A stretch of 64,000 bases of DNA from IMG/VR virus record IMGVR_UViG_3300037047_000121, one strand, 5' to 3'. The first letter of the stretch is position 1; every line of letters starts with the position of its first letter. Origin of the DNA: a virus. Shown piece after piece: positions 28,627 through 36,816 of this stretch. Below the pieces are notes generated by a model. It saw only the letters and a program-made list of their open reading frames with translations, was not told where the DNA came from and did not search any database. Both the position numbers and the translations under genes were made by a program.

Positions 28627-29499
28627 ATGGAGCAAATACTCTACTCACGGTCGGATGATGGGTTGTTGCCTGTACGGATCCGGGAGGAGTCGGGACAGCG
28701 GAGGTATAGCTTGGAGGGGCCTGGTGGGGTGGTGGTGTATCCCTCGGCTCGGCAGTTGTTGTGTGCGCTTACGGGGCACCCTGAGGCGCGGCATTGGCCG
28801 TTTGATCGGTATTTCCGGCAGGGTCGGTATGCACCGAAGGGTGTGAGTGCTGACTTTCCGTTGTTGGAGATGGTGGGTCCTGGTGGTTGGGCGCTGGGTC
28901 GGCCGGAGGTTTTGGCGACGAGTGGTGGTCCTCGGTGGATTCGTCGGGACTCGTTGGGGATCGACCTTCAGGCTCGGGGCAAAGAGGTTGCGAAGCTGTT
29001 GTTTCATGGTTTTGGGTCGATGATTCACTCTGCTGGGTATGACCCGGATGATGTTCTGCAGGAGGTGTACAAGGGGATTCTGATTCGGAACTCGGGGTCG
29101 TGCCCATTTGATGCTCGCAAGGCGTCGTTTGGTCACTATGTCCACATGGTGTGTCGGTGCGTACTGGCGAACTATCACCGGAAGAGTCAGCGGACACGCT
29201 CTATGGAGCAGTCTGGCATCCCTGGCTGGGATGAGAATGGCGACAAGGGGATGATAGACGCGGGTGAGACGGGTGAGCTAGTGGCTGCTGCAGGTTTGGA
29301 GGACGAAGCTGTACTGGAAGACTTCATGTCGGCCTTGGAGGATTCCCCCTTGCGGGGCATGGCTCTCAGGGTCTTGCCGTTGGTTCGGGATGGGTATGAG
29401 AGATCTGAGATTGCCGCTCAGCTTGGGGTGGCGAAGCCTACGGTCTCACGGGCGCTGACGTACATCCGGGATCAGTTCCGGCGGTGGTATGCGAACTAG
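28627..29499 (+). CDS. phage-encoded sigma-70-family (ECF-like) sigma factor
   Basis: region-2-like FGHYVHMVCRCVLANYHRK and region-4 HTH ERSEIAAQLGVAKPTVSRALTYIRDQFRRW. Confidence 0.55.
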   Translation: MEQILYSRSDDGLLPVRIREESGQRRYSLEGPGGVVVYPSARQLLCALTGHPEARHWPFDRYFRQGRYAPKGVSADFPLLEMVGPGGWALGRPEVLATSGGPRWIRRDSLGIDLQARGKEVAKLLFHGFGSMIHSAGYDPDDVLQEVYKGILIRNSGSCPFDARKASFGHYVHMVCRCVLANYHRKSQRTRSMEQSGIPGWDENGDKGMIDAGETGELVAAAGLEDEAVLEDFMSALEDSPLRGMALRVLPLVRDGYERSEIAAQLGVAKPTVSRALTYIRDQFRRWYAN

Positions 29500-29738
29500 G
29501 GATTGTTCCACGAGATGTGGTACATGAGGCAGTCGAGTTCGTCGGTGCAGGTGACGGTGTATCCCGCCTTCTGGAGATCCTCGACGAGTCCGGGAAAGTT
29601 TGGCCCTCCGATCTCGATGTGGGAGCGTTCGTTGTCCGCGGCCTCTTCGATGGCCTGGATGACCCTGTTGCGGAACAGGGTCAGGGACATGGCACGGGCA
29701 TCTTCGGTTCGCTGTCGTGCTTCCTCGGCTGTCAGCAT
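29496..29738 (-). CDS. small protein, member of three-gene tandem paralog family
   Basis: shares ..EEAA.E..S...I....F..L...L...GY.V.......W pattern with 30261 and 30539 genes. Confidence 0.55.
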   Translation of the reverse strand: MLTAEEARQRTEDARAMSLTLFRNRVIQAIEEAADNERSHIEIGGPNFPGLVEDLQKAGYTVTCTDELDCLMYHISWNNP

Positions 29739-29776
29739 GTGTGGTCTCCTCTTGTTCTATCCCTCTGAGGGACTAT

Positions 29777-30256
29777 TCAGGGTGTGCTGGGGGTAAGCCC
29801 GGACTTGGGGGCACTCTGTTCCTGGTGCCACTCTTCCACAATGGGGATGAGATCGAAGGGTCTCGTGGCTCGGTACAGTGAGAACCCCAGTGAGATCCTG
29901 TGGCATCCGTTCGAGAGCAGCCACTTGTACCACTCTCGGCGTGTCGGTCCCTGTCCCTGCACGAAACAGATGTCGAGCAGCATCCCGTCCCGGCGGGTGT
30001 CGTACTCTTTGTGGAGGGAGGACACGGCGAAGGTCTGACGCACGAGAGTATCGATGACGGGGACGTGTTCGTACATGGGGCAGAGGAGATCGCCCTGGAT
30101 GGGTCGATCCCACCGTTTCGTTTTAGCCTTCTGACGCTCATCGTCGGCCATCTGGCGGATGGTTTCCTGCCAGTGGGGCTTTACGGTACGCCATCCGGAC
30201 TTGTCCATGTCGACGATGCCCTGTCTGGTGTACCCTGTGGTTCGCTTCTTGCCCAT
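29777..30256 (-). CDS. hypothetical protein (159 aa)
   Basis: ORF with basic N-terminus. Confidence 0.55.
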   Translation of the reverse strand: MGKKRTTGYTRQGIVDMDKSGWRTVKPHWQETIRQMADDERQKAKTKRWDRPIQGDLLCPMYEHVPVIDTLVRQTFAVSSLHKEYDTRRDGMLLDICFVQGQGPTRREWYKWLLSNGCHRISLGFSLYRATRPFDLIPIVEEWHQEQSAPKSGLTPSTP

Positions 30257-30260
30257 GATT

Positions 30261-30551
30261 TTACCGTCCCCAGCCGATCAGGTAGATGCACATCGACACC
30301 TGCTCGACGTAGCGGCGCTCGACTGCGTATCCGAGCCCTCGGAGTTCATCTATGATGTCGATGAAGTCGTAAAGGGACGAGACGCCCACGTGGTACCGAC
30401 CTTCGGCCGCAGCCTTCTGGATCTCGGCGTCGACCTGCTGACGGAATGCTGTGTTTTCCTCGTCCCAGCGCTGGTGCTTTGCCTTCCGGGTGGGATCGTC
30501 AGCGAGCTTCCTCGCGTCCTCGGCCTTGATGATGCCCATCATTTCCTCCAA
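30261..30551 (-). CDS. small protein, paralog family member
   Basis: paralogy with 29496 and 30539 genes. Confidence 0.55.
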   Translation of the reverse strand: MEEMMGIIKAEDARKLADDPTRKAKHQRWDEENTAFRQQVDAEIQKAAAEGRYHVGVSSLYDFIDIIDELRGLGYAVERRYVEQVSMCIYLIGWGR

Positions 30552-30805
30552 CGGATCGAGTAGGTGTGCCCCAGGCTATCGGGGTCGAGGGTACACTCCG
30601 CCGAGAAACCCATCTCTACCGAGTTGAGTTCGGCCACCACATCGTCGAAACGGTGGCCCCAGGGGATCTCCACGGAGTGTGCCCCCTCCGCAGCCGCCTC
30701 TCGGATCTTCTCCCCGATGCAAAGCCAGAGCGCCCTGCGATCCTCGTGGATCCGCACCATCAGCGCATTCTCGGTGATCCGTCTCGTTTCCGCCGCCGTG
30801 ATCAT
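30539..30805 (-). CDS. small protein, paralog family member
   Basis: paralogy; 13-nt overlap with downstream gene. Confidence 0.5.
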   Translation of the reverse strand: MITAAETRRITENALMVRIHEDRRALWLCIGEKIREAAAEGAHSVEIPWGHRFDDVVAELNSVEMGFSAECTLDPDSLGHTYSIRWRK

Positions 30806-30814
30806 CGGTCCCTC

Positions 30815-31279
30815 TCAGTCTGCCAGATACTGCATGGTGTCATTCACCCGGGTGGCTGCCAGCCAGTTCCGCAGTCGGGCGAGGCTGATCCGCGCGCGCT
30901 CGGTGTGGATCTGGGGCTCCCCCACGGGGCCGGGGACGACCAGCATCGTCCCCGCCGCGTAGGTGAACACCTCCCACCGCTCCTGACCGTCCTTGGGGGA
31001 CGCCCCCCGCTGCTCCTGGAGACGAACCGAGATCTGCCAGCACTCGACGTGGTCGAACACGGTGATCCAGGGGCCTGTCACCCCCCTCAGGTTGCGCTCC
31101 AGGCACTTGATGGCGGCCTCGGCTGCCTCGATCGGCTCCATGCCCCACTTCGTGCCACAGGAGCGGCACACGCCGCGTTCCGTGCGAACGACGTGGAGAT
31201 CCCGCGGGGGCGCCGGGAACAGGTCCTGGTAGCACTTGTTGCACAGGGTGCTGGCATTCTCGACCCAGTAGCCCTTCAT
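30815..31279 (-). CDS. hypothetical Cys-containing protein (154 aa)
   Basis: internal ATG with GGGTGAGG RBS; upstream part of the listed 318-aa ORF is the alternate frame of the next gene. Confidence 0.5.
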   Translation of the reverse strand: MKGYWVENASTLCNKCYQDLFPAPPRDLHVVRTERGVCRSCGTKWGMEPIEAAEAAIKCLERNLRGVTGPWITVFDHVECWQISVRLQEQRGASPKDGQERWEVFTYAAGTMLVVPGPVGEPQIHTERARISLARLRNWLAATRVNDTMQYLAD

Positions 31280-31289
31280 TGGCCTCACC

Positions 31290-31634
31290 CTACAGTTCCC
31301 AGCCGCTTTCGAGCGCCTTGGCGTTCCGCTGCCAGCACTCGAACTCGTCCTTCTCGACCGCCTTGGCCAGTTCCTCCCAGCCCTCTTCGGTCCCCGGGAT
31401 GATGGCCGCTTTGCCCCGGCCGCCCTCGACCGTGACCACCGCCAGACCCTCGACCCGCCCCTGACCGTTCCACTTGATGAGCATCGCCGTACCCTTGGCG
31501 AACTGGATCCCGGCGCTGAGACCCGTCTCCCCCAATTGCGGGGAATCCGTTGCCCAGCCATTCCGCTTGAGAACGTTGAACGTCGCCCGGGTCGCCTGCG
31601 CCTGATGCTTACGGATGAGGTCCAGAATGTCCAT
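31290..31634 (-). CDS. hypothetical protein (114 aa)
   Basis: ORF. Confidence 0.55.
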   Translation of the reverse strand: MDILDLIRKHQAQATRATFNVLKRNGWATDSPQLGETGLSAGIQFAKGTAMLIKWNGQGRVEGLAVVTVEGGRGKAAIIPGTEEGWEELAKAVEKDEFECWQRNAKALESGWEL

Positions 31635-31668
31635 GTGATCTTTTCACGTCGGAGCAGCGTGCCGCCCG

Positions 31669-32316
31669 TTACTTTTCGGAGAGAGCCCGCGCCAGCGTAG
31701 TTGCGACGGAGCAATTCGGGCATTTGGTAGGGACGCCATTCACGCCCACGTGAACCTGCCATCCCGCCCACCCGAAATCGCCTACGTGCAAGGTGCGAAA
31801 CACGACTTTGCCATCCGACCGATGGATCGCGTGTATTTCTCTCCTTGGGACGAAGTGTGCACTGAAACAGGAGTACCTGACACCTTCGGACTCGAACGTG
31901 CTGACCCAGGCGAAGGGCTCGCCCTTCCCCTGGATCGGGGGCAGATTATTGGTGACCTCTTCCCACCACGCTTGACGAGTCTCGAATTTGGGGGAACTCT
32001 GCATCGCAGCTTTCGCCCAGAGGACAACGGACTCCCCGTCCAGGGGGAAACGACTCTCACAACGACGGCGGCCGTTGCCCTGACGGGGCACGATGGCGGC
32101 ATCGACATCACCCGACGCCGAGATCCGCATGTGCGCCACGAATCGGGGGTTCAGGATGAAACGCAGGAGCGCATCGTTCCCGTCGCGGGTCACGATGGTC
32201 AGAGGCACACCCTGATGCCCCAGGAACATCTGAAGGACCTGAGCGCGCTCGATCACGTTCGTGGTCGACGCCTCGACCCCCATCTCCTGAAAACAGCGAT
32301 CCATGGTGTCTGCCAT
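31669..32316 (-). CDS. hypothetical protein (215 aa), C-terminal CPNC
   Basis: ORF directly downstream of promoter motif. Confidence 0.6.
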   Translation of the reverse strand: MADTMDRCFQEMGVEASTTNVIERAQVLQMFLGHQGVPLTIVTRDGNDALLRFILNPRFVAHMRISASGDVDAAIVPRQGNGRRRCESRFPLDGESVVLWAKAAMQSSPKFETRQAWWEEVTNNLPPIQGKGEPFAWVSTFESEGVRYSCFSAHFVPRREIHAIHRSDGKVVFRTLHVGDFGWAGWQVHVGVNGVPTKCPNCSVATTLARALSEK

Positions 32317-32335
32317 TTTGGCCCCCTTCTGAGAG

Positions 32336-32366
32336 GACTACTCTGAGAGAGGCAGAAATGATCCCG
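32336..32366 (-). promoter_or_regulatory. phage bipartite promoter-like motif
   Basis: GGACTACTC-N12-AAATGATCCC. Confidence 0.5.
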
Positions 32367-32579
32367 CTACTTTCGGTAGTCCTCGAAATCGGGGCACTTC
32401 TGAGCCTTCTCCAGCGTCATCCGGAACTCCTCCTGCGAGGGCGCGAACGTCCCCGAGAGGTAGTAGTGACGCATACGGCAGGTGAGACTCCAACTCGTCC
32501 CCGGGGTCAGATCGGACATGTCGGGCATGCCCGAGTCGAAGTCGAAGTGCTTGCACGAGATGCAGGTTCGCTCGTTCAT
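32367..32579 (-). CDS. zinc-ribbon small protein (CISC...C)
   Basis: ORF. Confidence 0.5.
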   Translation of the reverse strand: MNERTCISCKHFDFDSGMPDMSDLTPGTSWSLTCRMRHYYLSGTFAPSQEEFRMTLEKAQKCPDFEDYRK

Positions 32580-32589
32580 GGTCTCACCC

Positions 32590-32928
32590 TTACCGGGAAA
32601 GGAAGCGCAGGATCGACCGCACCTCCGTCATGGGCAGGCTGCCCAGATCCTCTCTGAGCGACTTGAGTCTGCGAGCCAGCATGTCTCGGACCTTCTGCTC
32701 GAACTCGCGAATCTCAGTTTCCGACGTGATGTGCCTCGCGTAGGGACACCCGCTCCAAAAGCCGGACCTCCCACCGACCATCTTGCTGGTTTTCCGCATG
32801 TACCGCGCCACGCCGACCGAGATCTGGGTGTCCGTCGTGCGGGTCACACGCTCGACGCCGGTGAACAGCCCCGTGGCATCGAACAGCGCCACCAGATCAC
32901 CTTTCTGCACCTGACTCAGATCGCGCAT
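32590..32928 (-). CDS. hypothetical protein (112 aa)
   Basis: ATG with GAGGGAGGG RBS, 20 nt after motif. Confidence 0.55.
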   Translation of the reverse strand: MRDLSQVQKGDLVALFDATGLFTGVERVTRTTDTQISVGVARYMRKTSKMVGGRSGFWSGCPYARHITSETEIREFEQKVRDMLARRLKSLREDLGSLPMTEVRSILRFLSR

Positions 32929-32948
32929 CGTAGTCCCTCCCTCAGGAA

Positions 32949-32979
32949 GGACTACTCGCTAGGGGTGTGAAATGATCCC
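32949..32979 (-). promoter_or_regulatory. phage bipartite promoter-like motif
   Basis: GGACTACTC-N12-AAATGATCCC. Confidence 0.5.
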
Positions 32980-32993
32980 AGGAAAGGGACTCG

Positions 32994-33359
32994 TCAGGGG
33001 CACTCGCAGGCTCCCAGCGCCTGCATCACCTTGCGCTGATCCACGTGGGAGAGCAGCGCGTAGTCCGCCTCCGCCTGCTGCCGGATCTCGACCGCCCTCG
33101 GGTCGTTCAGGACCACCCCCACCGCCATCCGGCTGAACATCTTCACCACCTGCGTCCACGACTCCACCACCTGCACGCTCACCTCGACCTCCACCGCCTC
33201 GATCCGAGGGTCGCCCTTCACAGCCTGAAGAGCCTTCCTCTTGGTGGCGAAGTGACGCGCCGTCTCGATGTGATCCGTGCTCAGGCGGTTGGCGTCCGAG
33301 TCCACGACGTTGTGGGCCACGAAAGACCCGTCGTTCCATCTCAGCACCCAGCGTCGCAT
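32994..33359 (-). CDS. hypothetical protein (about 121 aa)
   Basis: internal ATG (MRRWVLRW) with GAGGGGAGGGG RBS; N-terminal part of the listed 238-aa ORF is Arg/Gly-rich overlap artefact. Confidence 0.5.
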   Translation of the reverse strand: MRRWVLRWNDGSFVAHNVVDSDANRLSTDHIETARHFATKRKALQAVKGDPRIEAVEVEVSVQVVESWTQVVKMFSRMAVGVVLNDPRAVEIRQQAEADYALLSHVDQRKVMQALGACECP

Positions 33360-33373
33360 GGTCACCCCTCCCC

Positions 33374-33688
33374 TCAGCCGTTCGGGCAGCGGGCGAACCA
33401 GCCCGCGATGTAGGCCACAGGCACGTACAGATCCGTGAAACGACCGATTTCCCGCGTGTGGCCGAGACGATGCCGCTGTCGCAGCACCCACTGGATGTCC
33501 TCCTCGTCCCGAGCCTCCAGGTGCATCACGGGGATGATCATGAAGGACCCACCCTCGATCTCCATCATGGCGCAGTAGTCCTTGGGCCGCTCGTAAGGCA
33601 GATCCACGTCCCAGTCCACGCCCTCGACCTTCAGTTCCAGGCCGAAAAGCACGAACAGGTACTTGAGCCGATCCACGCTGAATTCCAT
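33374..33688 (-). CDS. hypothetical protein (104 aa)
   Basis: ORF. Confidence 0.5.
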   Translation of the reverse strand: MEFSVDRLKYLFVLFGLELKVEGVDWDVDLPYERPKDYCAMMEIEGGSFMIIPVMHLEARDEEDIQWVLRQRHRLGHTREIGRFTDLYVPVAYIAGWFARCPNG

Positions 33689-33700
33689 GACTGTCCCCCC

Positions 33701-33955
33701 TCAGCCCCACGAGACCGTGGTGTAGACCTGGAACATGCTCACCGAGCCCGGCACATGCTCCTCAGCCGACTTGACGCGGAAACTGCGAGCCAGAAGGCTC
33801 ACGATGTCCCGGCTCCAGAGCAGCCCCCGAAACTTGACCTGGAACACTCCGATCGGAACCAGCGCCGAGATCGCCGCCTCCACCTCCGACAGCGTGTACA
33901 CGCGCGGACTCTGATGCGCCCGCCGGGCAGTGACTCGGGCCTCGTTGGCATCCAT
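33701..33955 (-). CDS. hypothetical protein (84 aa)
   Basis: ORF after promoter motif. Confidence 0.5.
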   Translation of the reverse strand: MDANEARVTARRAHQSPRVYTLSEVEAAISALVPIGVFQVKFRGLLWSRDIVSLLARSFRVKSAEEHVPGSVSMFQVYTTVSWG

Positions 33956-33978
33956 CCGTCAGTCCCTCCTTGTCAGAA

Positions 33979-34009
33979 GGACTACTCAGGACCCCTCCGA
34001 AATGATCCC
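33979..34009 (-). promoter_or_regulatory. phage bipartite promoter-like motif
   Basis: GGACTACTC-N12-AAATGATCCC. Confidence 0.5.
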
Positions 34010-34012
34010 AGA

Positions 34013-34249
34013 TTACTCGGGGCGCTTCACCCCCCGGCCGTCCATATCCGCCGCCAGGGCCTCCAGACGGTCCGCCTGACGCCGCAGCCGACGCACCTCG
34101 TCTCGCAGCCTCTGTGCGAACGTGGGCGACGCCCTGCGGGCCTTCTGACGCTCGCGACGCTCCGCCTGACGGGCCTCCAACTCCACCCGCTTGGCCTCCA
34201 TCGCCGCAGCCACCTGAGCCTTCGCCTTGTCGAAAATCCCCATCCTCAT
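34013..34249 (-). CDS. Arg-rich coiled-coil small protein
   Basis: ORF; ATGA overlap with upstream gene. Confidence 0.45.
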   Translation of the reverse strand: MRMGIFDKAKAQVAAAMEAKRVELEARQAERRERQKARRASPTFAQRLRDEVRRLRRQADRLEALAADMDGRGVKRPE

Positions 34250-34722
34250 CCTCCTCCTCGACGCCGTTCCAGATACGAATGGATCTCAGGGGGGACGAAC
34301 AGCTTCGCCCGATCGACCTCCCCGAAAGAAAGTAGCTCCCTCACCACCGACGAAGAGACGTGTGCCACGTCGTCCCCAGTCGGAATGAACACCGTCGAGA
34401 CGCCCAGCGCCTTGTTCACATGCGCCTGAGCCATCTCAGCCTCGAAATCGCTCACCGTCCGAAGCCCCCGGATGAGCACCCTCGGCACCTTGGGCTTGTA
34501 GTCCACCAGCAGACCGTCCCAGACCTCGATCTGTACCTCCCAGCCCAGGGTCATGTCCCGGAGCATCTCCCGACGCTCCTCCGCCGGGAACAGCGGAGTC
34601 TTCTTCGGATTCGTGGCCACCAGCACCACCAACCGCGGGAACAGCGGCAGCACCTCCGCCAGTGCCCGCTGATGGCCCTTGGTCGGGGGATCGAACGTCC
34701 CCGCGTAGATAGCTAGCACCAT
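34246..34722 (-). CDS. phosphopantetheine adenylyltransferase (CoaD)-like cytidylyltransferase-family protein
   Basis: AIYAGTFDPPTKGH (H/TxGH), LIRGLRTVSDFEAE and ISSSVVREL match the CoaD pattern. Confidence 0.6.
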   Translation of the reverse strand: MVLAIYAGTFDPPTKGHQRALAEVLPLFPRLVVLVATNPKKTPLFPAEERREMLRDMTLGWEVQIEVWDGLLVDYKPKVPRVLIRGLRTVSDFEAEMAQAHVNKALGVSTVFIPTGDDVAHVSSSVVRELLSFGEVDRAKLFVPPEIHSYLERRRGGG

Positions 34723-35096
34723 GACCCCTCCCCCCTCAGCGGGCCAGCCGCCGCACCTTCTGAGCCGCCTCCTTCAGGTAGGGCAGCCACGTCCGCGGGT
34801 ACGGGCTCGGACGCGGGGCATCCGCCAACGGCGGCTCCGGCACCCGACCCTCGCTCGTCGCGAGGTACAGGGCTACGTGGGTCCGCAGCGCCCGCAGTTC
34901 CCCACCCGCCTCGTCCGCCCGCCCGCTCCTTGTACAGGAGCACCATGTCCATCAGCGACAGGGTCAGCAGCCCCTTGCCGTTGCACAGCGGGCACGTCCG
35001 CTCCACCCCACCGACCCCATCGCTCCACTCGTGCTCGCCGTACACGTGACCCTTGCCCTCACAGTACGGGCACTGGCTGACGGTCTGGCTGGACAT
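34713..35096 (-). CDS. DnaJ-type zinc-finger (CxxCxGxG x2) protein with Gly/Ala-rich tail
   Basis: CPYCEGKG...CPLCNGKG; low-complexity tail may be real or reflect a frameshift. Confidence 0.4.
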   Translation of the reverse strand: MSSQTVSQCPYCEGKGHVYGEHEWSDGVGGVERTCPLCNGKGLLTLSLMDMVLLYKERAGGRGGWGTAGAADPRSPVPRDERGSGAGAAVGGCPASEPVPADVAALPEGGGSEGAAAGPLRGEGSWC

Positions 35097-35120
35097 GGGC
35101 TCCCTCGCCCCCTCACACCA

Positions 35121-35151
35121 GGACTACTCTGTGCCTGGAGAGAGTGATCCC
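35121..35151 (-). promoter_or_regulatory. phage bipartite promoter-like motif
   Basis: GGACTACTC-N13-AGTGATCCC. Confidence 0.45.
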
Positions 35152-35159
35152 AGCGTCAG

Positions 35160-35467
35160 TCGTTCTCAGTGGGCGTGAGTCAGTCCCCATGAGCCTGACA
35201 GCATGAGCCATGAGTGTGCCGTGGTGAGTCCAGGAGTGTGGGTGGGAGCGTGTGAGAATTCTCATAGGCCATGAGACATGAGTGCATCAGAGTCTCATGT
35301 CTCACCACGAGACACCAAAACCGCTTGAAAAACTCATCAACCGGGGTCCCCATGCCGAAAAAGCCGTATTGAATCTGCATCGAAAATGAAACGCCTGAAA
35401 TCGAATCGGGTGTCTGTGGCCTAGGGGAATCCCCCTGGTGCCGCTCCCGATGCGTCTTGGCGGGCTA
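35160..35467. other. 0.3-kb ORF-free region with CATGAG repeats and perfect 10-bp hairpin (gagacatgag...ctcatgtctc, about 35270-35300)
   Basis: no credible ORF; candidate terminator or small RNA between two minus-strand transcription units. Confidence 0.35.
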
Positions 35468-35854
35468 TTACTCCTCGCTCAGGGCGGGAGCGCTCAGTTT
35501 GCCCCGGAGGTAGGCCGTGATCCGGTAGGTGGGGATGTCCCGCATGGCGATGCTCAGGGCGAGTTCCCGGGACGCGGGGTCCTTTGCCTTGTGCGCGGCC
35601 TGCAGGATCTCCCAGTCCACCTGATGCAGGCGGGTGGAGATGGTTTTGGCCAGGTTGAAGGTGGCCACGTCGGGGAGGGAGATCGTCGCGTGGAGGATCG
35701 CGGCGACCACATCACCGAAGAACCGGGGCCAGTTCATCCGGGGAACACCGGGCGGGACGCGCTCCGCGAACCAGTCGAGCGCGGTGCCGTGGAAGTCCTG
35801 AACGCGAACCGTACCGTCCTTGTGGATCGTAACGTCGTTGCCGTAGGTCGCCAT
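35468..35854 (-). CDS. hypothetical protein (128 aa)
   Basis: ORF after promoter motif. Confidence 0.55.
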   Translation of the reverse strand: MATYGNDVTIHKDGTVRVQDFHGTALDWFAERVPPGVPRMNWPRFFGDVVAAILHATISLPDVATFNLAKTISTRLHQVDWEILQAAHKAKDPASRELALSIAMRDIPTYRITAYLRGKLSAPALSEE

Positions 35855-35875
35855 GTGTTTCTACCCTCCTTACCT

Positions 35876-35906
35876 GGACTACTCTGGGTTGGTCTGGAAT
35901 GATCCC
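35876..35906 (-). promoter_or_regulatory. phage bipartite promoter-like motif
   Basis: GGACTACTC-N13-AATGATCCC. Confidence 0.5.
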
Positions 35907-36026
35907 AGATTGTTTCGGGCAGATGGCTAGAACCGCTGCGATGGATTTTTGAAACCTGGATTGGAAACTGAAGTTTTCCGATTTTGTTGTCCTGAAATTT
36001 TTGGGGCTCGAAGTTGAATCGGGGTG

Positions 36027-36320
36027 CTAGGGCTTGTTTGGTTTCCAGTGGTCGATTTCCACGTCGTAGATGCTCACGTAGGCTTCGGCTCCGTGAATGG
36101 TCACGGGGATCTCGGCGGTATAGATCATGTGGGTGTCCCCTGAGCTGTGGTCTTGTTCCTGATCCAGGGTGACGAGGATGGGGACGTTCTCTGTGATGGT
36201 TCCGTCGGGCCAGAGGACGGAGGCGGTTCCGTTCTCTTTGATGTCCTGCGACTCCCAGTGGGGGCATTCGGTGGTGTCGTAGACACCGGAGATTTTCCGC
36301 TCTGATTTGCTGAATGCCAT
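36027..36320 (-). CDS. hypothetical protein (97 aa)
   Basis: ORF. Confidence 0.5.
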   Translation of the reverse strand: MAFSKSERKISGVYDTTECPHWESQDIKENGTASVLWPDGTITENVPILVTLDQEQDHSSGDTHMIYTAEIPVTIHGAEAYVSIYDVEIDHWKPNKP

Positions 36321-36323
36321 GGT

Positions 36324-36809
36324 TCAGTTTCCCATCACGATCTTGTGGATCCCGTAGGTGTGGGGGACCACCGTGAGTCCCGCGGCTTCGAGATCCCGGC
36401 ACAGGGATTCCTCGGATGGGATCTCCGCCAGTTTCTCCCACTTGTGGATGCGTCCCTCGTACCGGGGGTCTCCGAAGCTGGCGATCTTGTAACCTGAGAC
36501 CAGGACCTTGTTCCCCCCGCTGTCTTCGAACAGGTAGACCTTGCTGTCCCGGATCGTCAGACCGTTCAGCAGACAGCCAAAAAGCGAGTCCTCGTCCTGT
36601 CCGAAACGCTCCAGGATGTCCGGGCGGATGAATTCGCGTGCGTCGGGGGTGTACCTCTCCCGGCCGCAGGTCGGGCAGTACCTCATACCCGCGCCGTTTC
36701 CGGGCTTCGGGCAGTGGCACCACTGCTCGGCGGGGGTGTCCTGTTGGAACATGGAGTTGAGGGGCAACTGCACGCCGACGATCACGGTTGTCCAATAGGT
36801 TGTTCCCAT
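36324..36809 (-). CDS. hypothetical protein with CHC...CPTC zinc-binding pairs
   Basis: ORF. Confidence 0.55.
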   Translation of the reverse strand: MGTTYWTTVIVGVQLPLNSMFQQDTPAEQWCHCPKPGNGAGMRYCPTCGRERYTPDAREFIRPDILERFGQDEDSLFGCLLNGLTIRDSKVYLFEDSGGNKVLVSGYKIASFGDPRYEGRIHKWEKLAEIPSEESLCRDLEAAGLTVVPHTYGIHKIVMGN

Positions 36810-36816
36810 GGGCAGG

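Noticed and set aside
30815-31771. 318-aa minus-strand ORF
   Set aside because: N-terminal 164 aa are Arg/Ser-rich and overlap the better ORF 31290..31634 in another frame; real gene starts at internal ATG 31279
33458-34429. 323-aa plus-strand ORF
   Set aside because: Antisense to promoter-preceded minus-strand genes; His/Pro/Arg-rich junk translation
35734-36795. 353-aa minus-strand ORF (Arg/Pro/His-rich)
   Set aside because: Overlaps three well-formed small genes in another frame; compositional artefact
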